Below, one piece after another: positions 38,380-50,169 of a DNA stretch of 63,914 nt. The notes under the pieces are model-generated. The model searched no databases. It had not been told where the DNA came from and saw only the letters and a list, made by a program, of their open reading frames with translations. The stretch is from Octopus bimaculoides (Eukaryota). The DNA lies in contig NC_068988.1 in NCBI RefSeq assembly GCF_001194135.2, positions 71,478,214 through 71,542,127 of the forward strand, given 5' to 3'. The position numbers and the translations under genes were made by a program. The stretch's first letter is position 1. Every line of letters starts with the position of its first letter.

Positions 38380-38530
38380 CTTTTCTACTCTAGGCACAAG
38401 GCCCGAAATTTGAGGGGAGAGGGCCAGTCGATTAGATCGACTCCAGTACGCAACTGGTACTTAATTTATCGACCCGAAAGGNNNNNNNNNNGCGTCCCGC
38501 GTGCTAACGTTTCTGCCAGCTCGCCGCCTT
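38380..38530 (-). mobile_element. SINE family B spanning a small gap
   Basis: ctggtacttaatttatcgacccgaaagg and gctaacgtttctgccagctcgccgcc. Confidence 0.85.
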
Positions 38531-39154
38531 CCTGTTGTTCATAAATGAATGAGACTGATAACTCTGTTTGCTAACTCCAGAGAATGGGTGCCTAAGGTCT
38601 TTTTGTTTTTATTGACTTATCTATAGAGTATCAGTGAACGAATTCGTGTGACGGCAATGCGAACGTTACTTTCTTGATCCAGATACATAGCCGGTGGAGA
38701 GTTGACAGAATGAGTTGAAATCACCCCACTTTTTATCGAGCTTGAAGAGAGAATAGGAAAGTTGCCTTTGGAGGTCCCTGAATTCCGACTGCAGAGACCC
38801 AGAACAAATACCGTAAGGCATTGTATTTGACATTCTAACGATTCTGCCAATTCGCCGCCTTAGTGGTTAAGGTGTAAAGTATTTAACTTCAACGTTGGGA
38901 TATTTGTAGACTGCCCAAATTGTCTTATTGTAGAAGACAACAGCGGACATATATATATATTAGAATATAATGGAAATGCCATAAAGAAATTTATGTAACT
39001 AGCGAGATGTTAAGGAGTTAATATTTCAGAGAAGGACTCAGGAACTTGGCCACGTATGTTGTAATTTTGCAAATGTATGAATTACAAAATGTTTAGTTAA
39101 TCCTCCTACATCAATACTTCTGAATTTAGCATCCATGAACATAGATATAAGAAA

Positions 39155-40410
39155 TAGATAATGCGAAAAGTCCATAGGCCGACCATGATAAAACATGGAA
39201 TGTAACCAAATGACGATAATTTTTCAACATTGTTGGCGTTATGGTCCGCACACTTCTTCCATCGGTGTTGCAGTGCTTGAATTCCATTAGTGAAGAAGTG
39301 TTCATCCCCTTGGTAAAAAGAAGTCATCGGCAGCAGATATGACATCATCATCAATGTGAGACTGCTTCCCTGCCAAGTGGTTATTTTACATATTGGGGAA
39401 TAGATGATAGTCAGGTGGATCCAAATCAAAAAATCGGGAGGTTGATCAATCAGCTCAAAGTCACAGTCACACACAGAAGCTATTGAAATTAAGCACTTGC
39501 GGGCTGGAGCATTGTCCTGTTAAAATAAGATCCCTTTCGTCAGTTTTCCTTGGCGTTTGGTCTTGATAAACTTTTGTAACGGCTTCAGCAAGTTGACATA
39601 ATATTCTTCATTGATAGCGTGACCTTTTTCGAGATAGTCAAAACACAATGCCTTTTGCTTCGCAAAAGGCTGAGGCCATCACCTACCCTGCAGTTGAAAC
39701 GATGTTGGCTTCCGTTGATGCAGGTGGTGGGGAAGGATCTTTTTCACTGCATGAATCGTGTTTTTATCTCTAGCTGAAAGTGATTAACACAACACACATC
39801 CTGGACTAGGAAACGCTCCAGCTGGTTGCTGGATCGTCCTGAAACAAAGTCAGACTTCCCCATGATGTAATCAGCCGGGTATACATTTTATCAGGTATCA
39901 GAAGACATGACACCCTGGAACTTTGGTCATGCCAACTTCATTCTCAATTCTCTCATGGGATATGCTAAAAGATTAGTAATGTGATTTATAGTCAATCGCT
40001 TTTCTTTTCATCAGTATGTGGTGAATGTGATCACTGTTTTCCTCGGTGGTGGCAGTTGCAGGACGTCCAGACCTTATTGAAGACTCTCACTTCCCCTCCT
40101 AAATTCAGCTGCACACTTTTGCAACGTTGATAATGCTGGAGCATCATCTCCTAATGTAGCAAGCATGACTGCAAGAATATCGTTGTGTGCTAAACCTTTT
40201 TTCTACAGGTTCATGATAACACCACAATGCCAAATTTTGTTGATTTTCAAGAAAAGTCGTTATCAATTACTTTCGAAATTTTATTTGAGCAGTCAAATGT
40301 CATTTTACCTGGAAAGAAACAATGTAGATTTAAAATTAATATATGGAAGATTTCACAGATCTAGCATTGCTTCGTCGCAGCCAGCTCTTGAACTTTTCAA
40401 TCCACCCTGA
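39155..40410 (-). mobile_element. Near full-length decayed mariner element
   Basis: C-terminal QGDEHFFTNGIQALQHRWKKCADHNANNVEK, YSPDL-like region, HSR.KNTIHA/G.VMAS region and N-terminal HTH remnants; gaaaagttca-type TIR remnants at both ends. Confidence 0.8.
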
Positions 40411-40900
40411 GAGGCTGAGTTTTTCTTCCAGCTTTGTTTCGGAAATTTTCATCTACGTTTTGGAGATTTACTTAATCCGATTCATTTTTTGTTGACTTAT
40501 TTAAAGCAGACATGAATTTCAAATTTCTAATCAAGTGTTTCGGGTGCTTCCATTCCGTAAATAGTGCAAATGCGCTCTAAAATAAGCTCGAGAAGTTTAC
40601 AAAGCAAAATAGTTTTTACAAATCAAGAAACTTTAAATATTTACGATATCTATGTACTTACCAGGCACAGCATCTGTATATGTTTCAAACTATACTACAT
40701 TATATGTTTCTTTTTTAATATGAAACGGTGTTAAGTAGCAACAATAACACGCTGAATATTCCTGATACCAACGTTAAAGGTACGTGTGCCTGTGAGGAGC
40801 TCAGCCACTTGTACGGTAATTCCAAGAGTAAGCTGCTCCGTTGATCGGATCAACTGGAACCTTCACCGTCGTAACCGACGGATTGGCAGTGTGTGTAGAT

Positions 40901-41031
<131 letters not shown>

Positions 41032-43581
41032 TGACATCCCAGGTACATTTCCATACTCAGAAAAGTGATATAGCCATAAGATGGCTATATAATATGTACA
41101 AGTACTAGTTTTTTTTTTGTTTTTTTTTTTAAATTGATGGAACTCTCCTCTAAAAGTTTAAAGTATGCTCCCGTATCATCGTTTAATAAGACCGAATAAA
41201 TTCGTCATGGATCGTCTTTGAACTACCAAACAACGTACCACACCCAACTTTACATGCCCACATCTGCATAACTTATCTGATGATTGTTATTGTTGTTCAA
41301 ACATCGATCTAAGTATTTCTGAATTCTAAATATCCAGAAATGAAACCCTCTACAATTCCCTTTTAACATTTGCCCTAGAACCATTTACATAAACATCTGT
41401 TGCATCGATCTCACCAATCTCCATAGTATTTATTTACAATAGTTTAGATCGAACAGTTTCTGTGATGCTTTTAATTACAGATGTACGCTGATAACAGAAA
41501 CGTATTTTTTACAATTCTAAGCTCAGAAATCTACAAACTAAATTAATGATCATCGGTTTATATATTAATTATTCATTACAAATATGCAATTTTATATTTG
41601 ATCCCCAACATCTGTTAGCATATTGTCATTCCTTGAATTATAGAGTCCTCTCAATATGAATTAGTTGAGATGACTTGAAACGCTTTCTCTCGTTCTTTAT
41701 CTTTCCATTACTCTCACATCAAATTTCCTCCAAACTTTGACAGTAAAACGCCAGTTGTTGCCAGGTACAAATGGTTCTCATTTGCGCTATTCATGATCAT
41801 CCTAAAATATACTTTGTAATTTTAGAAAAGCATAATCGAATATTTACCTATGGATTCGATAATCTATTCATGGGATTGTATAATGAGAACAAATGATTGA
41901 TCACCTACAAGCATCGTTTTCTGACTTCACAAATTATTTTACAGCCACCGTTGTGTCTGCCTGTGAACATCTACAATTCATCACTATGAAAATGCCAAAG
42001 GAAGGCTTGGTTGGGGAAAATGTATCAATGATAATGCTCCCGTCTGGTGTTAGTTCAAAGATTGGAAACTGTATACTATATTAGCAATACGAACCAAGAA
42101 GTATATCACTACGCTGTCACCGGATCTGGTAGAAATACCAACCATATACTTCTTGAGATACACGATACTATCTTAGAAAACCAAAGACAAAATAGATAAT
42201 GTTTCTGGATATGTGTTTAGAATGTATCTGCTGCCCAAAGCCATGACACTAATGATGATAGGTGTCCTTCATTAAGGCTGCTTTGGGACAAAACAACAAT
42301 AACCTTGATTATACTATAGTGAAATCTGATTTTAATTAATTCAGAATATATAATCTGTGACAATGTTAATAAGAAATAATCCACCAACACATAAATTCTC
42401 TTAGGAAACACATGGGTTTAAGAGGGATCACATTTGATTTAATGCCTTCAGTGGGATTGTATTTGTATTTTTTGTATTTGCATTTTTGAACGTGCAGTTA
42501 TATACAATCAATCAACTCGAGATTATATGTAACTCGATACTCAAAATCTCTTTCTTTGCCTTTTCAGTGTTGGTTTCCGACTGGAGATAGATGCATGTTA
42601 TATTCCAAGGAGACGTGGAACCTATTCTCAACAGAAAATCGGACTCAGGCGATGTAGTAAAATGGTTGTTGTTTAGAAAAACAGTAAACACCAGCACAAG
42701 CCAAATGAAGATGTATCTAAACAGATATAGAAACAAATCTCTATCACATCACCAGAGACTGTTTTTGTTTTTTTGTTTTTTAAGAAGGAAAAACACATTG
42801 GCAAACGTGGGCTTAGGTGTGCTCTAGCTGGAAAGAATGACAAGATGCTAATGGGTAAACAACATATTTCTTTTTTATATATCAGGCATAGGGGTAAATA
42901 GCACCAAAAGTAAAATCTAGCGGCTTATCTGAAGCAATAGTGGATTATGTAATATTTCATTATGAGATCTCGCCACTATATACTGATACTTGATAGAATA
43001 CTTGTATGCATACGTGAAATATATTAGTTCATACCAATTCTTCCATAGATACGCTCTTGTAACATTATAATTACGTCTAGGATAATTACTAGATGGGATA
43101 GATAATGTTCGGAATTAGGTTATTTAAACATTAAACTGTTTGTAGATTACAAAAGGTAAGGATATTAAGATACACACACACACACACAGACACAGCACAC
43201 ACACACACACACACACAATTTTAGTGACTGTAAAACATATGTTGAAGTACATTTTAAAAAATTGGAAAACTTCCGCCTATATCTGATTAACTTGTTGGTA
43301 ACTTTCCACCCTTATAATTTAAGATCTCCTTACTTTTTAATTTTTACTTTTTCGTTTTCTGCTTTTCGTTTTCCGTTTTTTAACATTCTACGTTTTCTAT
43401 ACGCTTCCTTCACGTTTCTGCTCGCATTTCTTCTCTAATTCAATTTTTAATTCGTTACGATATGTGGTTTGTGCCTGATGAATATATATTTGAGGTATTT
43501 CTCAACATATGAAACTATTAGTAGCACATAAAGACATGTACTGTGTCTATTGAATAATATGTATGTGTGTGTGTGTGCATA

Positions 43582-43632
<51 letters not shown>

Positions 43633-43777
43633 NNNNNNNNNNNNNNNNNNNNNNNNNNNNNNNNNNNNNNNNNNNNNNNNNNNNNNNNNNNNNNNNNNNN
43701 NNNNNNNNNNNNNNNNNNNNNNNNNNNNNNNNNNNNNNNNNNNNNNNNNNNNNNNNNNNNNNNNNNNNNNNNNNNNN

Positions 43778-44030
43778 TTAATAAATACGCAAGGTGAATG
43801 CAACGAATATAACAAATTAGAGTTACCTTGTATAAACTACAAAAGCAAGAAAGAGATACCCCTGATATCAACTGATTTCACATTTTGTATCTTCATACTC
43901 AAGGATCGTCAGCCAGTCTCACTGTATTCATTTATTTTTTTAAATATTCAACACATTACACCGTGCGCGTTTGTTCATCTGTTAATCCGGTGTTGTTATA
44001 TTTCTTGCATTCACCGTGCGTATTTATCAA
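43778..44030. mobile_element. MITE-like element with ~37-bp inverted repeats
   Basis: ttaataaatacgcaaggtgaatgcaacgaatataaca (43778-43814) is complementary to 43994-44030 with few mismatches; left end abuts a gap. Confidence 0.6.
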
Positions 44031-44289
44031 TATTGAGACATTTGTAGTTTTGGAGTGTTAGCTCCTCTTTCTAGCAAGTGATACTCTGATACCCGACTTT
44101 ATTCATTTGTATATTTTACCTATATAGATTAAAACCTGCTGCCACTTTATTTAACTTTACACACACACACACATAGTTAATGGTAGTTAGATAAATAGAC
44201 AGACATATATAGTGGCTATCGACTCGTTAGACGAGTATGACCATGACTGGTAAATTATCACATTTCTATTTTATGTTCATGTTTCTGGG

Positions 44290-44660
44290 ACCATGAGGCA
44301 CAATGGCTTTCAAAAACCAGCAAGTGACTTGCATCTTTTGTTGTAGATACGACATTTATATTCATCTACATGTGTTGCAATCACGTTCTGAACGCTACAT
44401 TAATTGTTCGCTCCAATGTGCCATGTTAGTCCAGATCGACTGGAAAATTCGCTACCACATACATCGCAAATCAGACTAGCTGTTAGAATTTGATTGTATT
44501 CAACATGAGGCTTTCCAGTGTGTTTTCGTAGGTGACTTGTGAAGCCCGGTCTGGAGAGGCAAAGTCTACTCCATTCACCAAACTCAAACTGAGGGTTGTC
44601 TGCCCATTGTGATTTACGTGGCTGAAACTTCTGATCAGTTTTAGGCACATGTAGCGTGAA
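44290..44660 (-). mobile_element. Three degenerate C2H2 fingers, probably an RTE-like LINE ORF 3' end
   Basis: RLCLSRPGFTSHLRKH, CDVCGSEFSSRSGLTWH, YKCRIYNKRCKSLAG(L)KSH; no TGEKPY linkers. Confidence 0.5.
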
Positions 44661-44662
44661 AG

Positions 44663-44960
44663 CAGGTGAATTAGTGGTTAGGGTATTCGGCTCACGATCG
44701 TAAGATCGTGAATTCGATTCCCAGCGGTGCTTTGTGTCCTTGAACAACTAACTTTATTTCACGTTGCTCCAGTCCACTCAGCTGGCAAAATGAGTAGTAC
44801 TCATAATTGAAAGGGCCAGACTTGTTACATTTTGTGTCACGTGGAGACTCCCTGAGAATAACGTTAAGGGTACACGCATCTGTTGAGTTTCATTCACAGC
44901 AGGCTGTTCCACTGATCGGAACAATTGGAACCCTCGTCGTCGAAACTGACGGAGTACAAT
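44663..44960 (+). mobile_element. SINE family C, tail type 2
   Basis: Core gtgtccttgaac...tttcacgttgctccagtccactcagctggc; tail ...ggaaccctcgtcgtcg; tail fragments also at 40765-40890 (+) and 54635-54720 (-). Confidence 0.8.
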
Positions 44961-45499
44961 AAGATGAAAGGAGGGTCACGATCTGGTATCCACTGTCTTG
45001 TCCTTCTGCTTATGTGCGATACTTTTTGAACTTCCTCGAAACAATCCATAGGATAATATACACTTTAGTGGCATTTAATTGATCACTTTTACCTCCGATG
45101 TCTTTTTTCCAATAAATGTACTTATGTAAGGATGTGTAGATCAATTCATGTGTGGATCAGTTCATTCAGTATTTGGAATCTGTCAAAATCGGTTTTCAAG
45201 ATCAAAAATCTAATACCCCCGCACCATCCAGTAAACGAAAGCCGATGATATATCATGTAGCTAAATGTTTGTGCATGTGTTCTCTTGTGTTTTGAATTAT
45301 TTGAATTCTTCCTTTGAGGAAGAAGCTGATTTCAAATAAACATACAAAATTTCATCGCGAGAACGTTGATAACAAAATAAAGTTACATTTTAAACTTTGG
45401 AAATGTGCGTGCGTAAAACCAATATTTTTTTAACATCATTTAAAAAAAACCCAAAGAATAAACAAAATTTTGCCGATATGGAAGTATTTTATATAACAA

Positions 45500-45685
45500 A
45501 AAGGTAAAGCTAACTTCTCGAGTTCTTCACCTGGATGGGACGTCGGTCCGTCGCAGGGTTTCTCACTTTTGCTAGCTGAATGGCTTGGAACAACTCTCAA
45601 GGACACAACGCATCGCCCGGTCCAGCGATCGAAAGTACAATCTTACGATCACGAGTCCAGCACACTAACCACAAAGCCACGTGCA
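45500..45685 (-). mobile_element. SINE family C-type head with tail type 3
   Basis: Head ctcaaggacacaacgc...cactaaccacaaagccacg; tail gaaaccctgcgacggaccgacgtcccatccagg on the minus strand. Confidence 0.65.
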
Positions 45686-45818
45686 TCCACATTATATATA
45701 TATATATGTGTGTGTCTATGTATATAAAAGTGTGTGTGTGTGTGTTTGTGTGTGTATATATGTGTGTGTGACTGTGTCTCTGTGTGTAAGCATATATATG
45801 TATATATACGTATATGTG

Positions 45819-45857
<39 letters not shown>

Positions 45858-47210
45858 GTGTTTGTGTGTATGTGTGCGTTTGTGTCTATCTATCTATCTA
45901 TCTATCTATTTATCTATCTATCTATCTAGCTGTATCTATAAGGTTTCGTATTCGACTTGCGAATGCAGCGAGGTCATTTTACCTTTATCTTACAAAGAAT
46001 TCATGCTGTAAGCCAACCTAGACCAATCCTATCAGTGAACTTTTAAAGAGACAGTTTTGATGCGTGATGAATAACAAATGACGTTATAATTCCGTTAATG
46101 AATTCGTAGCATAACGAGTACAATTGAAAACGGTATATAGCGGCTTCTTTGTTTATTGAGAACTTACGATGAAGCGAAGAATGACTGAACAAAATTGTAC
46201 TTCATTCAACAGGCCAGAAGAAATGCCGATTCGGGCGTTTTGCAACACGATATCAATAAAAACTGCAAGCACACAGACACATACACACAAACACACATAC
46301 CCACAAACACGCACACAGACACCTACACATGCGCGCTCACAGACGGTCGCGCGCGTGCACACACATGAACGTATGTATTTACATAGGCTACTTTGAATCT
46401 ATACAAATTTGTCAAAAATTGTACGGCTGCCTTGGCACCTAGTCCTTTATTGAAAATTGTATAATTAGATAGTTACAAATGTAAGTGTCTATGTATATAG
46501 GTATATATGAACATACGTAAATTCATACATATGTAAACATATATATATATAATTATAATTATTGTAAAATCTGGTAATTAGTCATATATTAAAGATACCG
46601 GAGTAAGCCCATGAAATGTGCAACAAGGTGGAAAAAAGAGTACTCAAATACCAGAGGTAGAGTAACATATATATATAATATATATATATACGTCATGGCA
46701 CGTATTTCTATCTATGTGTGTATGTAACTATAAGTATATATACTGACGTGTCCGTTTCACAAACTAAAACTTTGAAACAACTCTCAAACTATTATTGCTA
46801 CATTAGTAAATTACTTGCTAGTAGTGTAGTTGTGTTCGACTGATTCTTTTCTGAAAGAGCCGTATTTCGTAATTCGCATTGAGGCTATGAGTTTCAGAAA
46901 CAATTATTTCAGTAACAACATTGAAGAATCTATAGATTTTTGCTCAGTTAGCCAGAGGCACTTTCATTTCTATTAACATTTGAAGTCCTCTTAACGCCTT
47001 CTGGATAATATTTCACGGGATTCCATGACATTCGACACAATTTTTTACAGAACATTGAATCACTGGTCAAAACGTTTCCAGGCATGACTATCTCTTTTTT
47101 TCACTTATACCACAAAATTTAACGTAATTTTACATATATTCTTATAAAAATTTGGGGTATAATTGAGGTCGATGGTGATGAATATATGCGTTATATACAC
47201 GCGCGCGCGC

Positions 47211-47251
<41 letters not shown>

Positions 47252-48094
47252 ATGATGATGGATATAAATGAATGTGATATATGTGTGATGGTGGATATAT
47301 ATGTATACATATATATATGTATGTATATATATATNNNNNNNNNNNNNNNNNNNNNNNNNNNNNNNNNNNNNNNNNNNNNNNNNNNNNNNNNNNNNNNNNN
47401 NNNNNNNNNNNNNNNNNNNNNNNNNNNNNNNNNNNNNNNNNNNNNNNNNNNNNNNNNNNNNNNNNNNNNNNNNNNNNNNNNNNNNNNNNNNNNNNNNNNN
47501 NNNNNNNNNNNNNNNNNNNNNNNNNNNNNNNNNNNNNNNNNNNNNNNNNNNNNNNNNNNNNNNNNNNNNNNNNNNNNNNNNNNNNNNNNNNNNNNNNNNN
47601 NNNNNNNNNNNNNNNNNNNNNNNNNNNNNNNNNNNNNNNNNNNNNNNNNNNNNNNNNNNNNNNNNTCCTATTGCCAGGCTTCTGCCTCAAAAGTTATAAT
47701 ATAGTTTAATATACTTTTGAACTCAATACTCGTTTATCCTAATAAAAATATTGTTCCCAATCATGTAGATGATAAATCTCTATGCATTCTTATAATTCAA
47801 AAGAAACAAATGCCAGTTTTTGTGTAAAAGAGGTTCTTCCATTAACCAGAGATTATCATGGTTGCATACAAACTTCTTATTCTTTATCTCAATAATCTGA
47901 TTTATAAATTGAAGATAGACTGTAGAGTTTGCATATAGAATGCAAGTAAATAAAAGCTTGAAGAAAATTATAAAGACATACATACTGCAATGTTTATTCA
48001 AGAATCACAACAAACACTAACAATTAAGTATATATTATCATAGTAATGCAACATCTTCATTATAACTATTCATGATCATTATTTATATTATTTA

Positions 48095-48345
48095 CATTTG
48101 ATGGATATTTGTCCTCATCTTGTTTGTTGTTAACACAACGTTTCGGTTGATATACCCTCCAGCCTTCATCAGGTGTCTTGGGGAAATTTTGGGGGACAAA
48201 TTTCAAACTATTCACTGCAATATTTTTTGGTGCCATAATTGCCCTTTAGATATAGAGTTACTCACTGTCGATCGTTGTATTGGTATACACTCAACTGATG
48301 AGACAGGTGTTCGGACTGACGGTGATATGGTAAACTGAGTATGTT
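48095..48345 (-). mobile_element. Penelope-like terminal-repeat fragment hosting the 48132-48177 hammerhead
   Basis: Short non-coding segment with the CTGATGA...CCGAAACGTT arrangement typical of PLE pseudo-LTRs; boundaries approximate. Confidence 0.4.
48132..48177 (-). ncRNA. Minimal type I hammerhead motif of Penelope-like type
   Basis: Minus strand: gacac-CTGATGA-a-ggctg-gagggtatat-caacc-GAAA-cg-T-T-gtgtt; 5-bp stem I with one G:U, stem II with one mismatch, palindromic aacgtt stem III, one extra A after A9. Confidence 0.6.
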
Positions 48346-49357
48346 TTGATTATTAAAATATTCCTTTTGCAATGCATAAGATTACGTTGTAAAGTCTATA
48401 ATGAGATATGCATTGTTGAAGTTTTGTAATACACTTATTCCAAGAACACATACTTAAATTTTATATATCTTGCATGAAAAGTGGATGTATTTGCACTTTC
48501 AAAGGGGCTCTGTCCTGTGTTATAAACCCCTTAGGAGGTGGGGGTTAAATAATATTGTAAGATGGTGGAATGTTGGAAATCATCTTTATTAATACCTAGT
48601 AGTTATGTTGTTATTTTCATTGAAATCAGAGGTTTTTGAAATTTCACACAGGGTGTTTTCCCCGCTTTAAGCCCCCAAATCGCAATGGAAAGTAAATTTT
48701 ATGTAGCTCATCGTCTTTCTCGTAAGCTTTTACATGAGAACACATACTTTGTTTTTATGTATCTTCTATTTCCTTTCGTCCTATAGATGCAGTTACACAG
48801 ACACACAGACGTTGAGCTTTATTATATGATATATACATCTGTGTGTGTGCGTGTGTGTGCGTGTGTGTGTGTGTGTGTGTGTCTGTGCATTCTTCTTATA
48901 ATATCACCAGAAACACTGAAGGGACATGTTACGCACCAGTTGGAACTCATTTAAACCATAAACGTTGGAAAAAGCAAATATCCAAGTAAGAACGCTAGCC
49001 TTATCAACTATATATGCATTAGTTCAAGGTGATAATATCATGTTTTGATGATTGTAGGCTTCTGAAACCTATATTGTATAATAAATTGGTTTCTTATAAG
49101 CAGTCGAATTCAAATTAAGATAGAAAATTTGTAACATCATGAAACAAACCCACAGAAATATCTTGCAATCAGTAAACAGAAATGGAGATCTGTAGCTAGG
49201 AAGCGTTGTTTGCAATTTCGGGGAAAATTAATTGGACATCAAATGGTAAACAAAACGCCCTAAAATTCTAGCATGCTGAGTCCGTATGGTAGAGAAGACT
49301 CAGAAGTGAAAGTATCTCTCTTTATGCGCGTATTATTAGTTTATCAGCCGGTTTTAT

Positions 49358-49898
49358 TCTTTTACTCTTTTACTTGTTTCAGTCATTTATTTGACTGTGG
49401 CCATGCTGGAGCACCGCCTTTAGTCGCGGAAATCGACCACAGGATTTATTCTTCGTAAGCCTAGTACTTATTCTATCGGTGTCTTTTTGCCGAACCGCTA
49501 GCTTACGAGGACGTAAACACACCAGCATCGGTTGACAAGCGATGGTGGAGGGACAAACACACACGCACACACANNNNNNNNNNNNNNNNNNNNNNNNNNN
49601 NNNNNNNNNNNNNNNNNNNNNNNNNNNNNNNNNNNNNNNNNNNNNNNNNNNNNNNNNNNNNNNNNNNNNNNNNNNNNNNNNNNNNNNNNNNNNNNNNNNN
49701 NNNNNNNNNNNNNNNNNNNTATACATATATATACGACAGGCTTCTTTCAGTTTCCGTCTACCAAATCCACTCACAAGGATTTGGTCGGCCCGAGGCTATA
49801 GTAGATGACACTTGCCCAAGGTGCCACGCAGTGGGACTAAACCTGGAACCATGTGGTTGGTAGGCAAGCTACTTACCACACAGACACTCCTGCGCCTA
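49358..49898 (-). mobile_element. SINE family A, full length (gap in internal microsatellite)
   Basis: Head ends ccacacagacactcctgcgcc; tail tttacttgtttcagtcat...ggagcaccgcc. Confidence 0.9.
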
Positions 49899-50169
49899 TA
49901 AGAATAATAATAAGAAGAAAACAGAGGAGCACGAGGTCTCATCACATCCATCCGTTCAGTACTGAAGTAAACACATTTGCAGTGGTCTGAAATTGTATTT
50001 TAGAGCATTAGGAAAATTACAATCTTTGTTGCAGTCTATAATTCTACTACACTTCCAAACGTCAGTTTTGTTATTTTTGGGAGACTACTGGTGGAGAGAG
50101 AAACACAAACTGCTTATAGTGGAACTATAGGCACATAGACGTCTTGTGATTGTCTCCTGCCATATCATC

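Noticed and set aside
42546-42657. Possible exon after a polypyrimidine-CAG acceptor (CWFPTGDRCMLYSKETWNLFSTENRTQAM*)
   Set aside because: No recognisable homology and no compatible neighbouring exons; similar candidates at ~26000-26230 (-), 37009-37140 (-) and 61040-61130 are also unsupported without RNA-seq.
48520-48830. Possible non-autonomous Helitron-like end (acagacacacagacgttgagcttttattata)
   Set aside because: Only a general resemblance; no hairpin-CTRR terminus identified.
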